DNA of 64,000 nt from an uncultured Gemmatimonadales bacterium (GTDB lineage: Bacteria > Gemmatimonadota > Gemmatimonadetes > Longimicrobiales > RSA9). Positions 43,159 to 51,559 of the stretch are shown piece by piece. Under the pieces are notes generated by a model. It worked only from the letters and a program-made list of their open reading frames with translations. It made no database searches and was not told the DNA's origin. How positions within the stretch are numbered: the first letter of the stretch is position 1; every line of letters starts with the position of its first letter. The position numbers and the translations under genes are program-made. The stretch is taken from NCBI GenBank assembly GCA_963741945.1, contig CAVUKA010000001.1, positions 512,001-576,000 of the forward strand. Direction: 5' to 3'.

Positions 43159-43746
43159 TCAGAGAAGCCCGAGGGTTCGACCGCGCGCGCGCCACGCGAT
43201 CAACCACGCGAGCGCGACCTTCGCGAGGTCGCCCAGAAGGAAGGGCGCTACGCCCACCGCAGCGGCCCGGACCGGGTCGCCGGTGAGCGCGGCGAGCTGG
43301 CCGAAGCCGCCGGCCAGCACCACCATGGATCCGGCCAGCAGCCCCGCCAGCAGCCGCACACCGCCCATCACGCTGCGGCGCGACGGCCCGGCCACGGTGC
43401 CCGCCACGAACGCGGCCACCGGGAACGCCAGCAGATAGCCGCCCGTTGGGCCCAGGAGCCACGCGGGACCCATGGCGCCAGCGGCGAAGACCGGCAGCCC
43501 GGCCATGCCGGCAGCCAGGTACGCGAGCTGGGACGCGGCGCCGAGCCTCGCCCCGAGCATGACGCCCGCCAGGACCACGAAGAGCGTCTGGAGCGTCAGC
43601 GGCACGGGGCCAATCAGCACCTCCACCTGCGCACCCAGCGCCGTGGCGAGGGCGAACGCCCCCACGGCGAGCGCGCGGCGCGCGCCCCGGCTGGAAACGA
43701 TTTCGGTGGTCGCCGCGGCCCGGACGCGCAGGATCATCTCGTTCAT
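43159..43746 (-). CDS. bioY: Biotin transporter BioY
   Basis: PVPLTLQT, GLPVFA, GPTGGYL and PFLLGD. Confidence 0.93.
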   Translation of the reverse strand: MNEMILRVRAAATTEIVSSRGARRALAVGAFALATALGAQVEVLIGPVPLTLQTLFVVLAGVMLGARLGAASQLAYLAAGMAGLPVFAAGAMGPAWLLGPTGGYLLAFPVAAFVAGTVAGPSRRSVMGGVRLLAGLLAGSMVVLAGGFGQLAALTGDPVRAAAVGVAPFLLGDLAKVALAWLIAWRARGRTLGLL

Positions 43747-43747
43747 G

Positions 43748-44959
43748 TCAAACCCTTTCCACGGACATGGCGACGGCGTCGCCGCCGCCGAGACAGAGCG
43801 TGGCGAGGCCGGTCCCGGCGCCGCGCTGCTTCATGGCGTTCAGCAGGGTGACGAGGATCCGGGTGCCCGACGCGCCAATGGGGTGCCCCATGGCCACCGC
43901 ACCGCCGTGAACGTTCACGCGGTCCCAGTCCCAGCCCAGCTCCTTGCCGTCGGCCAGCGCCTGGACGGCGAACGCCTCGTTCGCCTCGATCAGGTCGTAG
44001 TCGCCGATGGAGCGGCCGTCCTTCTCCATGACCCGCTTCACCGCCCGGACGGGCGCGAAGAAAAGCTCCTGCGGCGTGACCGCTCCACTCGAGTACGCGT
44101 TCACCCGGGCCAGGATCTCCAGCCCGTTCGCCCGGGCGTACTCCTCGCTGGTCACCACCACGGCAGCCGCGCCGTCGTTCAGGCCGGGCGCGTTCCCCGC
44201 CGTCACCACCGGGTTCGTGATGTGCTCCGGCATGTCCCTCGTGAACGCCGGCTTCAGCTTCGCCAGCGCTTCCAGCGACGTGTCCCGCCGCGGCGACTCG
44301 TCCGCGTCCACCACCGTGGTCCCCTTCCGTCCGGCGATCTCCACGGGGACGATCTCGTCCTTGAACTTCCCCTCGTCCTGCGCGGCCACCGCCTTCTGAT
44401 GCGACTCGAGCGAGAACTCGTCCGCCTCTTCCCGCGTGATCCCCGCCTTGTCCGCCGTGTACTCCGCGTGGCCGCCCATGTGGCACTGGCCGAACGCGCA
44501 CCACAGACCGTCATAGATCAGGCCGTCCAGCAACTCCTGGTTGCCGAACTTCACGCCGCCCCGGTGACCGAACAGGTAGTACGGCGCGTTCGACATGGAC
44601 TCCATCCCGCCTGCCACCATGACGCGCGCGTCCCCGGCCTTGATCGCCTGTGCCGCCAGCATCACCGCCTGCAGCCCCGAGCCGCAGACCCGGCTCACCG
44701 CCATGGCCCCCACGCTGTCCGGCACGCCGCCCGCCAGCGCCGCCTGGCGCGCCGGCGCCTGGCCGAGCCCGGCCGAGACCACGTTCCCCAGGATCACGTC
44801 CTCGATGTCCTCGGGGTTCGCCCCCGACCGCTCCAGCGCCGCCTTGATGGCGATGCCGCCCAGGTCCGTGGCTTTCAGCGACGCGAGGCCGCCCAGGAAG
44901 CGGCCGATGGGGGTGCGAGCCCCCGAAACGAGAACGGCGGTCCGTGCTGGATCCGACAT
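43748..44959 (-). CDS. Acetyl-CoA C-acetyltransferase (thiolase)
   Basis: VCGSG, GGMESMS, NEAFA, GHPIGASG and CLGGG. Confidence 0.96.
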   Translation of the reverse strand: MSDPARTAVLVSGARTPIGRFLGGLASLKATDLGGIAIKAALERSGANPEDIEDVILGNVVSAGLGQAPARQAALAGGVPDSVGAMAVSRVCGSGLQAVMLAAQAIKAGDARVMVAGGMESMSNAPYYLFGHRGGVKFGNQELLDGLIYDGLWCAFGQCHMGGHAEYTADKAGITREEADEFSLESHQKAVAAQDEGKFKDEIVPVEIAGRKGTTVVDADESPRRDTSLEALAKLKPAFTRDMPEHITNPVVTAGNAPGLNDGAAAVVVTSEEYARANGLEILARVNAYSSGAVTPQELFFAPVRAVKRVMEKDGRSIGDYDLIEANEAFAVQALADGKELGWDWDRVNVHGGAVAMGHPIGASGTRILVTLLNAMKQRGAGTGLATLCLGGGDAVAMSVERV

Positions 44960-45022
44960 CTATCCTTCTCCTGCATTCGTCGTGGGGTGGCGCCCCGCCG
45001 GGGCGGGGCCGAGAGCCGCGGT

Positions 45023-45052
45023 ATTATAGTGCTGGCGGGCGCCGCGGGCCAA
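45023..45052 (-). promoter_or_regulatory. sigma70-type promoter of the thiolase operon
   Basis: Minus strand reads TTGGCC-N18-TATAAT with a perfect -10, about 63 bp before the thiolase ATG. Confidence 0.6.
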
Positions 45053-45210
45053 TCAGGAAGTCCCCCGCCGCGATCGCGCCGGGGATCTCGCGATCCCCCT
45101 CCCCGCGAGGCCTGCCCGGGCCGCCGACGGCGGCGGCCGCCCCCCGCACCGGGCGTGCTCGGGCCGCGCGGCTGAAAACGAAGTCGGGTCGACTAGTCAA
45201 CAGCGCGAGA

Positions 45211-45619
45211 GAGGGCACGGGTCGAGTTCACTCGTCTTTCCGCCACTAACTCGATATGGAGCCGTTCCCCGCCGGGGCCGCCCCGTCGACTTCAGTGCGT
45301 TTTCCGCACTGGAATTGACAGAAGGCGCCGCCGACGCGCGCGGGAGGTCGAGTTGATGGCCGCTGATGGCTGCGGCCGGCCGAGGCGGGAGCGAGCCGCC
45401 GAGCCGCGCCGGTCGGGCCCGGGCGAAGGGCGTAGCGGTGGACGCCCCCGGTGAGTCGCGCCGGTCGGGCCCGGGCGAGGGGCGAAGCGGTCGGCTCGGC
45501 GGCCGGTGAGCGGTTCTGTCCGCGCGGTGAAACCGACGTCAACTCGACCAGTCGAGGGGCCGCGGAAGTGTGTTTGTCACCTCGTTGGCGGATTCCGCCA
45601 CCAACTCGACCGTGCCCTC
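45211..45619. repeat. Non-coding mosaic of palindromic units (REP/MITE-like)
   Basis: Terminal inverted repeat gagggcacgg(g)tcgagtt / aactcgaccgtgccctc. Recurrent GTCGAGTT/AACTCGAC units and an internal 39-bp duplication at 45401 and 45453. Confidence 0.65.
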
Positions 45620-45621
45620 GG

Positions 45622-45734
45622 GACCTCCGACCTCCGACCTCCGACCTCCGACCTCCGACCTCCGACCTCCGACCTCCGACCTCCGACCTCCGACCTCCGA
45701 CCTCCGACCTCCGACCTCCGACCTCCCGACCTCC
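45622..45734. repeat. Heptamer tandem repeat (GACCTCC)x16
   Basis: 15 perfect units at 45622-45726, one extra C, then a 16th unit. Ends 5 bp from the stop of the MBL gene. Confidence 0.97.
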
Positions 45735-45739
45735 GTCGC

Positions 45740-46633
45740 CTACATCAGTGTGGGCCGTTTGGCCGTGGGGTCGAGCCGCCCCCAGGGGATGGCCGGGTCG
45801 TGCTGGAAGAAGAGCAGCCATTCCTCGCGGGTGGCGCGATCGAGGAGATCGCGCTTGGTCTCGAGCGTGACCAGCGGCTCGAGGTCGTAGCCCATGATCC
45901 AGGGGAGGGGGAGGTGGGCGGAGGTGGGGACCAGGTCGGCGAGGAAGCAGCCGGTCTCGCCGGCCGAGCGGATGATGATGGAGTGATGGTGCGGCGTGTG
46001 GCCGGGCGTGGGCAGGACGCTGACGCCTTCCACGACGTCCGCCTCCCCGTCGACGAGCCTCCACAGCCCCGCCTCCGTGATCGGCTCGTAGTTCTGCTCC
46101 GTGTAGCTCGCGCGGATGCGCTCGTTCTGCCGGCCCGCGAACGACAGCTCCTTCTCCTGCACCACGTAGGTGGCAGCGGGGAACGCCGGGCGGATGCGGC
46201 CGTCCGGCTCCCGCAGCGCGTCGCCACCAGCGTGGTCGAAATGGAGGTGCGTGTTGAGGACGATGTCCACGTCCGCGGGCGAGTGCCCGGCCGCGCGGAT
46301 GGCGTCCTCGAGGCGGGTGGGCGTGCCACCATTATCCACGCCGTAGATTTCCCGGAACTTCTCGTCATCCTTGTTGCCGATCCCGGTATCCACCAGCACC
46401 AGCGCGTCCGGCGCCTCGATCAGGAGGCAGCGCAGCGCCAGCGGGATGCGGTTCCTCTCGTCGGCGGGGATGCGCCGCTCCCACAGCGGCTTCGGCACCA
46501 CGCCGAACATGGCGCCGCCATCCAGCCGCTGGAGCCCTGCTTCCAGCGCGTGGACGGTGATGTCGCCCACGCGTGTGGTGCGAACGAGCGGCATTTCCGC
46601 CGCGTTCTTCGGGATGTCGGGGATCACGCCCAT
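45740..46633 (-). CDS. Metallo-beta-lactamase-fold hydrolase (YtnP-like)
   Basis: LDGGAMFGVVPKPLW, THLHFDHAGG, GHTPHH and WIMGYD. Confidence 0.92.
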   Translation of the reverse strand: MGVIPDIPKNAAEMPLVRTTRVGDITVHALEAGLQRLDGGAMFGVVPKPLWERRIPADERNRIPLALRCLLIEAPDALVLVDTGIGNKDDEKFREIYGVDNGGTPTRLEDAIRAAGHSPADVDIVLNTHLHFDHAGGDALREPDGRIRPAFPAATYVVQEKELSFAGRQNERIRASYTEQNYEPITEAGLWRLVDGEADVVEGVSVLPTPGHTPHHHSIIIRSAGETGCFLADLVPTSAHLPLPWIMGYDLEPLVTLETKRDLLDRATREEWLLFFQHDPAIPWGRLDPTAKRPTLM

Positions 46634-47316
46634 TCCGGGTACTCCATGGATGTGGGAAGCGCCGAGCGCCTGGCGCGCGGCTTCTTCCGGGTCAGCAGAT
46701 CATCGAGCTCGCTCCACGTGTCCACGCCCTGCTCCTGGACCCGGTCCAGCAGCCGGACCAGCACCTCGACCGTGGCCAGCGCGTCGTCATAGGCGCGGTG
46801 GCGGCTCTCGCACGCGAGGCCGTAATGGTGGATGAGGGCGTCCAGCGAGCGACTGCGCAGATCCGGCAGCATCTTCCTGGCCAGCCGCACCGTACAGAGC
46901 ACCCGCCCCTTCGGTGCCGCGAAGTCTCCGCGCTTCATCTCCATCTCGATGAAGCGCAGGTCGAACGGCGCGTTGTGGGCCACGAACACGGCCCCGGCGA
47001 AGAGCTGCTGCAGGCGGGGCGCGACGTCCAGGAAGATCGGGGCATCAGCCACCATGTCGTCCGTGATGCCGGTGAGACGGGTGATGCTGCGGGGGATCGG
47101 CCGCAGCGGATTCACCATGGTCTCGAACGCATCCACCACCCGGCCGTGGCGGTCCACCCGGATGGCGGCGACCTCGGTCACGCGGTGTCCCCGCCCCGGG
47201 GACCCGCCGGTGGTCTCACAGTCCACCACCACGTAGGAGAGTGTGTGGAGCCGGGGGTCCCCGGAGCGGCCGGCCGACGGCTCCGGCGGTGGAAAGGCCG
47301 TGATCGCCCGGCTCAC
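46624..47316 (-). CDS. DEDDh 3'-5' exonuclease (DnaQ/PolC-like)
   Basis: VVDCETTG, VAHNAPFD and HRAYDDA. GTGA overlap with the arcA stop. Confidence 0.9.
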   Translation of the reverse strand: MSRAITAFPPPEPSAGRSGDPRLHTLSYVVVDCETTGGSPGRGHRVTEVAAIRVDRHGRVVDAFETMVNPLRPIPRSITRLTGITDDMVADAPIFLDVAPRLQQLFAGAVFVAHNAPFDLRFIEMEMKRGDFAAPKGRVLCTVRLARKMLPDLRSRSLDALIHHYGLACESRHRAYDDALATVEVLVRLLDRVQEQGVDTWSELDDLLTRKKPRARRSALPTSMEYPEWA

Positions 47317-48560
47317 CAGGCGTCGTCCCGCTCCACGGGCATGGTCATGCAACGGGAGCCGCCGCCCCCGCGCACCAGCTCCGCGCCCTCGAACGTGAGG
47401 GCCACCCGCTCGTCGTCTTCCAGATCCACGTCCCCCGTGAGGAAGTCCATCCCGTCCACGATCCGGTACCCCGCCCGCCGCTCCATCTCCTCGAACGTCC
47501 GCTCGTTGCGCGAGTAGCCGAGCACCACACCCGGCCGCACCGCGACGAAGTTGCACCCACTCGACCACTGCTCGCGCTCCTGGAACGCCCGCCGCTCACC
47601 GCCACAGAAGATCGGCTCCAGCGGTACGTCCACCTCCCGCAGCGCGGCGAAGAGGTTGGGCATCTCCCGCATTCCCGCCGGGTGCCCCTTGCGGTAGTAG
47701 AGCACGGCGAAGCGGTCCGGCCCGACGAACGCGGGCGGGAAGATGACCGCGTGCTCACGATCGACCATGGTGAACACCATGTCCAGGTGGATCATGGCCC
47801 GATCCGTGGGGAGCACGACCACGATGATGTGCTCGATGCCGAAGTTGTCCGTCAACTGGTCCACGATGGCATCGAACGCACCGGCGCTCGAGCGCTGCGA
47901 CAGCCCCATCAGCACCGTGTCGTGCCTCAGCACGTGCACGTCACCCCCCTCCAGCGTGTATCCCACCCGCCGCTCTTCACTGCCGTCGTAGATCAGGCCG
48001 GCGTTCTGCAGCTCCGGGTGGAAAGTGAACAGGGACTTCATCAGGATCTCTTCCGTCCAGCGCACGGTGTAGCGCATGGACCCGATGATCACCCCTTCCC
48101 CCACCACCATCGAAGCGTCCCGCGTGTAGAACAGGTTCGGCAGCGGAGGGAGCGCGTACATGTCCGCGTTCAGCATCCTCGCCAGGGGCCCCGGCTCCAC
48201 GGCCCGCCCCTCCACGAACATGCTCACCAGCTCCTCCCCCGGAAGCTCCTGGAGGAACGCGCCCAGTGGCTCCGAGCGCGCCACGTCCATCACCCGCTCG
48301 ATCAGGAACGAGCGCGCGTCCGGCACTTCGATGATGTCGCTCAGGAGGTCCCGCACCTCGTACACGTCGGCGAAGCGCGACAGCACCGCCTTGAAGCGCT
48401 TGTGCTCCCGCACCGCCGCTTCCAGGTCGATGATGTCGTCGTACAGGAAGTCTTCCTTCGTGGTGGGCGTCACCGCCACCAGCTCGGGGCCTGGCGTGTG
48501 ACAGATCACCCGCCGCAATGCCCCGATCTCGCTCGTTACACGAACCCGCCGTTCCGCCAC
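47313..48560 (-). CDS. arcA: Arginine deiminase
   Basis: VTSEIG, FLYDD, PNLFYTRD, LEGGD, MIHLD and ELVRGGGGSRCMT. GTG start behind AAGGAG. Confidence 0.92.
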   Translation of the reverse strand: MAERRVRVTSEIGALRRVICHTPGPELVAVTPTTKEDFLYDDIIDLEAAVREHKRFKAVLSRFADVYEVRDLLSDIIEVPDARSFLIERVMDVARSEPLGAFLQELPGEELVSMFVEGRAVEPGPLARMLNADMYALPPLPNLFYTRDASMVVGEGVIIGSMRYTVRWTEEILMKSLFTFHPELQNAGLIYDGSEERRVGYTLEGGDVHVLRHDTVLMGLSQRSSAGAFDAIVDQLTDNFGIEHIIVVVLPTDRAMIHLDMVFTMVDREHAVIFPPAFVGPDRFAVLYYRKGHPAGMREMPNLFAALREVDVPLEPIFCGGERRAFQEREQWSSGCNFVAVRPGVVLGYSRNERTFEEMERRAGYRIVDGMDFLTGDVDLEDDERVALTFEGAELVRGGGGSRCMTMPVERDDAW

Positions 48561-48613
48561 AGACCGCTCCTTGCCCCCGAGGCCTCCCCCACGACACCGC
48601 CCGCCTGCCCGCC

Positions 48614-49249
48614 CTACCCGTCTTCTGCGCCCCCCTGCGTCAACGCATACGACAGCCCCTCCATTTCCACCGTCATGTCCACCGTCTTCACCCACACTCC
48701 CTCCGGCACTTCCAGCCGCGTGGGCGCGAAATTCAGGATCCCGCGCACCCCGCAGCCCACCAGCCGGTCCACTACACCCTGCGCGTTCCGGGCCGGGACC
48801 GCCACCACCGCGATCTCGATTTCACGGTCCGACAGCACCCGCTCCAGCTCGGAATCCGGCTCCACCACCAGCCCGTTCCAGCGCTGTCCCACCTTGGAAG
48901 GGTCCGTATCGAACACCGCACGGAAGTCGAAGCCCTGGTGCCGGAAGTTCTCGTAGCCCAGCAGCGCAGCACCGATCCGCCCGGCGCCCACCAGTGCCAC
49001 CCCCCACCGCCGCTCCAGCCCCAGGATCGACCGCAGGTGCTGCTCCAGGTCGGTCACCCCGTAGCCCAGTCCACGCTTGCCGAACGTACCGAACAGCGAC
49101 AGGTCCTTGCGCACCTGCGCCGCCGACGTCCCACTCCGACGCGCCAGCTCCTCGCTCGAGACCGTCCCGACCCCCGCCTCGCCCATTTCCGTCAGCAGAC
49201 GCAGGTAGAGAGAAAGCCGAGCGATGGTCGGCTCCGATGCCTTTTTCAT
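48614..49249 (-). CDS. rex: Redox-sensing transcriptional repressor Rex
   Basis: RLSLYLR, QVRKDLS.FG.FG.RG.GY, GAGRIG and ILNFAP. Confidence 0.96.
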   Translation of the reverse strand: MKKASEPTIARLSLYLRLLTEMGEAGVGTVSSEELARRSGTSAAQVRKDLSLFGTFGKRGLGYGVTDLEQHLRSILGLERRWGVALVGAGRIGAALLGYENFRHQGFDFRAVFDTDPSKVGQRWNGLVVEPDSELERVLSDREIEIAVVAVPARNAQGVVDRLVGCGVRGILNFAPTRLEVPEGVWVKTVDMTVEMEGLSYALTQGGAEDG

Positions 49250-49273
49250 TATGGAGGATCAAACCCGTGGGGC

Positions 49274-49291
49274 ATGTGAATTCGTTCACAA
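49274..49291. promoter_or_regulatory. Rex operator
   Basis: ATGTGAA-TTCG-TTCACAA differs from consensus TTGTGAA-N4-TTCACAA by one base; 24 bp upstream of rex. Confidence 0.88.
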
Positions 49292-49296
49292 ACAAC

Positions 49297-50133
49297 CTAC
49301 CCACGCCGGGAAACCGCGTCAAAAGCACCATCGGACGGGGGCAGTGCCCCGCGGATGCGGAAGGCGAGCGATTCGACCACGGGCCCATAGGGCGGCGAGA
49401 GGGCGAGCTCGCCGTCGAGGAGGGTGGCGACTCGGGCAGCGATGGCGAGGCGGAGCCCCGTGCGGAGCTCGGGATCGGCGTGCTGCGCCATGTCGATCGC
49501 GGTGCCGCGAATGTGGAGCGTTGCGCCGTCGTCGTGCGGCTCCACGTCGAGCTCGAGCGTGCTCCCGGCGGGGTGCTTGACGACGGAGGTAACGAGGAGG
49601 TCGAGCGCGCGCACGAGGTGGTCGCTGTCGGAGAGGACTGTGGGGAGCCGATCCGGCATGCGGACGAGGGCCTCCACGCCGCGTTCGGAGGCCTGGGTTC
49701 GGAACGCGTCGGCGACGGGAGCGAGGAGGCCGCCGAGGTGGACGGGGGCGCGCTGGACCGGGACATCGCCGGTGCGGAGGCGCGACAGGAGGACCACGCC
49801 GTCGATGAGGTGGAGCAGGTGGAGGGCGGAGCGGCCGATCCGCTCCACTGCGTCGGCGGCCTCGTCGTCGATGTCGCCGTAGGCGCCATCCTGGAGCAGC
49901 TCCTGGAACCCGAGGATGGCGGAGAGGGGCGAGCGGAGCTCGTGGCTGACCATGTCGAAGAAGGCGTCCCGGAAGTCGGCGGCCCGTGCGGCATCGCTGG
50001 AGCGGCGGAGTGCGTCCCGCAGCTCGACCTCGCGCAGTCGTGCGCGCCGCCGTTCGCGTGTGAGAGCGGCGGTGGCGGCGAGCGCGGCGAGGGCGAGGGC
50101 GGCGGCGAGGGCCAGGAGGGAGAGGAACGTCAT
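49297..50133 (-). CDS. Membrane-anchored HisKA protein with degenerate ATPase domain
   Basis: N-terminal TM and intact VSHELRSPL H-box. N, G1, F and G2 boxes are eroded. Confidence 0.8.
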   Translation of the reverse strand: MTFLSLLALAAALALAALAATAALTRERRRARLREVELRDALRRSSDAARAADFRDAFFDMVSHELRSPLSAILGFQELLQDGAYGDIDDEAADAVERIGRSALHLLHLIDGVVLLSRLRTGDVPVQRAPVHLGGLLAPVADAFRTQASERGVEALVRMPDRLPTVLSDSDHLVRALDLLVTSVVKHPAGSTLELDVEPHDDGATLHIRGTAIDMAQHADPELRTGLRLAIAARVATLLDGELALSPPYGPVVESLAFRIRGALPPSDGAFDAVSRRG

Positions 50134-50143
50134 GGCCGGGTGC

Positions 50144-51559
50144 TCACGTGGCGGCGGCCGTGGCCGGGTCGGTCATGGCGGCGTCCTCGGCGCGAGCCAC
50201 GCGCCGTCCCTCGTCAACGTCCACGCGCCGGAGCAGGACGATCCCGACGATGAACAGGCCGATGATGGAGAGGATGCCGACGCGAGAGGAGCCGGTGAGC
50301 TGGGTGGCCACGCCCCAGATCACGGGCCCGAGGATCCCCGCCATCTTGTCGAAGACGCTGAAGAAGGCGAAGAACTCGGAAGACTTGGCTCTGGGGATCA
50401 TGGAGGCGAAGAGTCCGCGGCTGAGCGACTGGGCACCCCCCTGCACCATGCCCACGGCGAAGGCGAGCGCGAAGAAGTGCCAGGTCTTGGTGACGAAATA
50501 GCCGAAGATGGAGATTCCGGTGTAGACGGCAAGGGCCAGAATGATCCCGTTCTTGGTGCCGATGCGATCGGCCAGGGCGCCGAACGCGAACGTGAACGGG
50601 ACGCCCACGAACTGGACCAGGAGGAGCGCGCCGATGAGGGCGCCGTTGGGCAGGCCGATCTGACTGCCGTATGCGGTGGCCATCTTGATGATGGTGCCGA
50701 TCCCGTCACTGTAGAAGAAGAAGGCGACGAGGAGCAGCGCCAGCTGCCGGTACTGCCGCAGCTCGCCCACGGTCTCCGTCAGCCGGCGGAAGCCGATCCG
50801 CACCGGGTTGGGCCGCGCCCCGGCACGCCCGACCTCCCCGGGCTCGACCCGCCGGGGTGGCTCGGGCACGTTCCGCAGCACGGGGATGGAGAAGAGGAGC
50901 CACCACGCCGCCACGGTCGCGAACGCGGCGCGGGATGCGGCGGCGGCATCGGCGAGGCCGAACAGCTCCGGGTGGGTGAGCATGACGGCGTTCAGGACCA
51001 GCAGCAGCCCGCCGCCCACGTAGCCCATGGCCCAGCCGCCGGTGGTGACCCGATCCATCTCCCGGTCGGACGCGATGTGCGGGAGGAGGGAGTCGTAGAA
51101 GACAATGGAGCCGGTGAACCCGATGTTCCCGAAGATGTAGAGCGTCGAGGCGCGCACCCACTGCCCCGGACCCACGAACGCGAGCCCGAACGTGGCGACC
51201 ACGCCCAGGAGCATGAAGCCGGCCAGGAACCGCTTCTTCGCGCCCATGTAGTCGGCCATGGCGCCGAGGACGGGGGAGATCAGCGCGATGATGGCCAGCG
51301 CCGTGGCGGCCGTGTAGGCCCAGTAGGCCGCCGCCACGACTCCCGGCAGCGTGTTGCCGGCCACCTGCAGGTAGTAGATCGGCAGCACTGCGGCCATGAC
51401 GGTGGTGGCGAACGCGGAGTTCGCCCAGTCGTACATGGCCCAGCTGCGCAGCTCCCGCCGGTGCAGCCCCAGGGCGCGCAGCACGCCCCCGCTCTCCTGC
51501 CCCGTGGACGGCGACTTCGGCCCCGTCGGACGATCCGCGCTCACGCGCTCACGCGTCAC
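50144..51559 (-). CDS. MFS transporter (UMF1/Atg22-like family)
   Basis: WAMYDWANSAF, SPVLGAMAD, FYDSLL and QSLSR; about 12 TM helices. Confidence 0.92.
   Translation of the reverse strand: MTRERVSADRPTGPKSPSTGQESGGVLRALGLHRRELRSWAMYDWANSAFATTVMAAVLPIYYLQVAGNTLPGVVAAAYWAYTAATALAIIALISPVLGAMADYMGAKKRFLAGFMLLGVVATFGLAFVGPGQWVRASTLYIFGNIGFTGSIVFYDSLLPHIASDREMDRVTTGGWAMGYVGGGLLLVLNAVMLTHPELFGLADAAAASRAAFATVAAWWLLFSIPVLRNVPEPPRRVEPGEVGRAGARPNPVRIGFRRLTETVGELRQYRQLALLLVAFFFYSDGIGTIIKMATAYGSQIGLPNGALIGALLLVQFVGVPFTFAFGALADRIGTKNGIILALAVYTGISIFGYFVTKTWHFFALAFAVGMVQGGAQSLSRGLFASMIPRAKSSEFFAFFSVFDKMAGILGPVIWGVATQLTGSSRVGILSIIGLFIVGIVLLRRVDVDEGRRVARAEDAAMTDPATAAAT

Noticed and set aside
44960-45620. 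Known riboswitch or housekeeping ncRNA (SRP, RNase P, tmRNA, 6S)
   Set aside because: No diagnostic motifs recognised by eye. Kept only as an unexplained repeat mosaic pending an Rfam search.
45622-45734. Possible CRISPR array
   Set aside because: 7-bp units with no spacers, and no cas genes in the window.
45246-46064. ORFs with (RRSEVGG)n or (PPTSDLR)n repeats
   Set aside because: These are by-products of translating the heptamer array. They overlap the MBL gene and have no RBS or domain.
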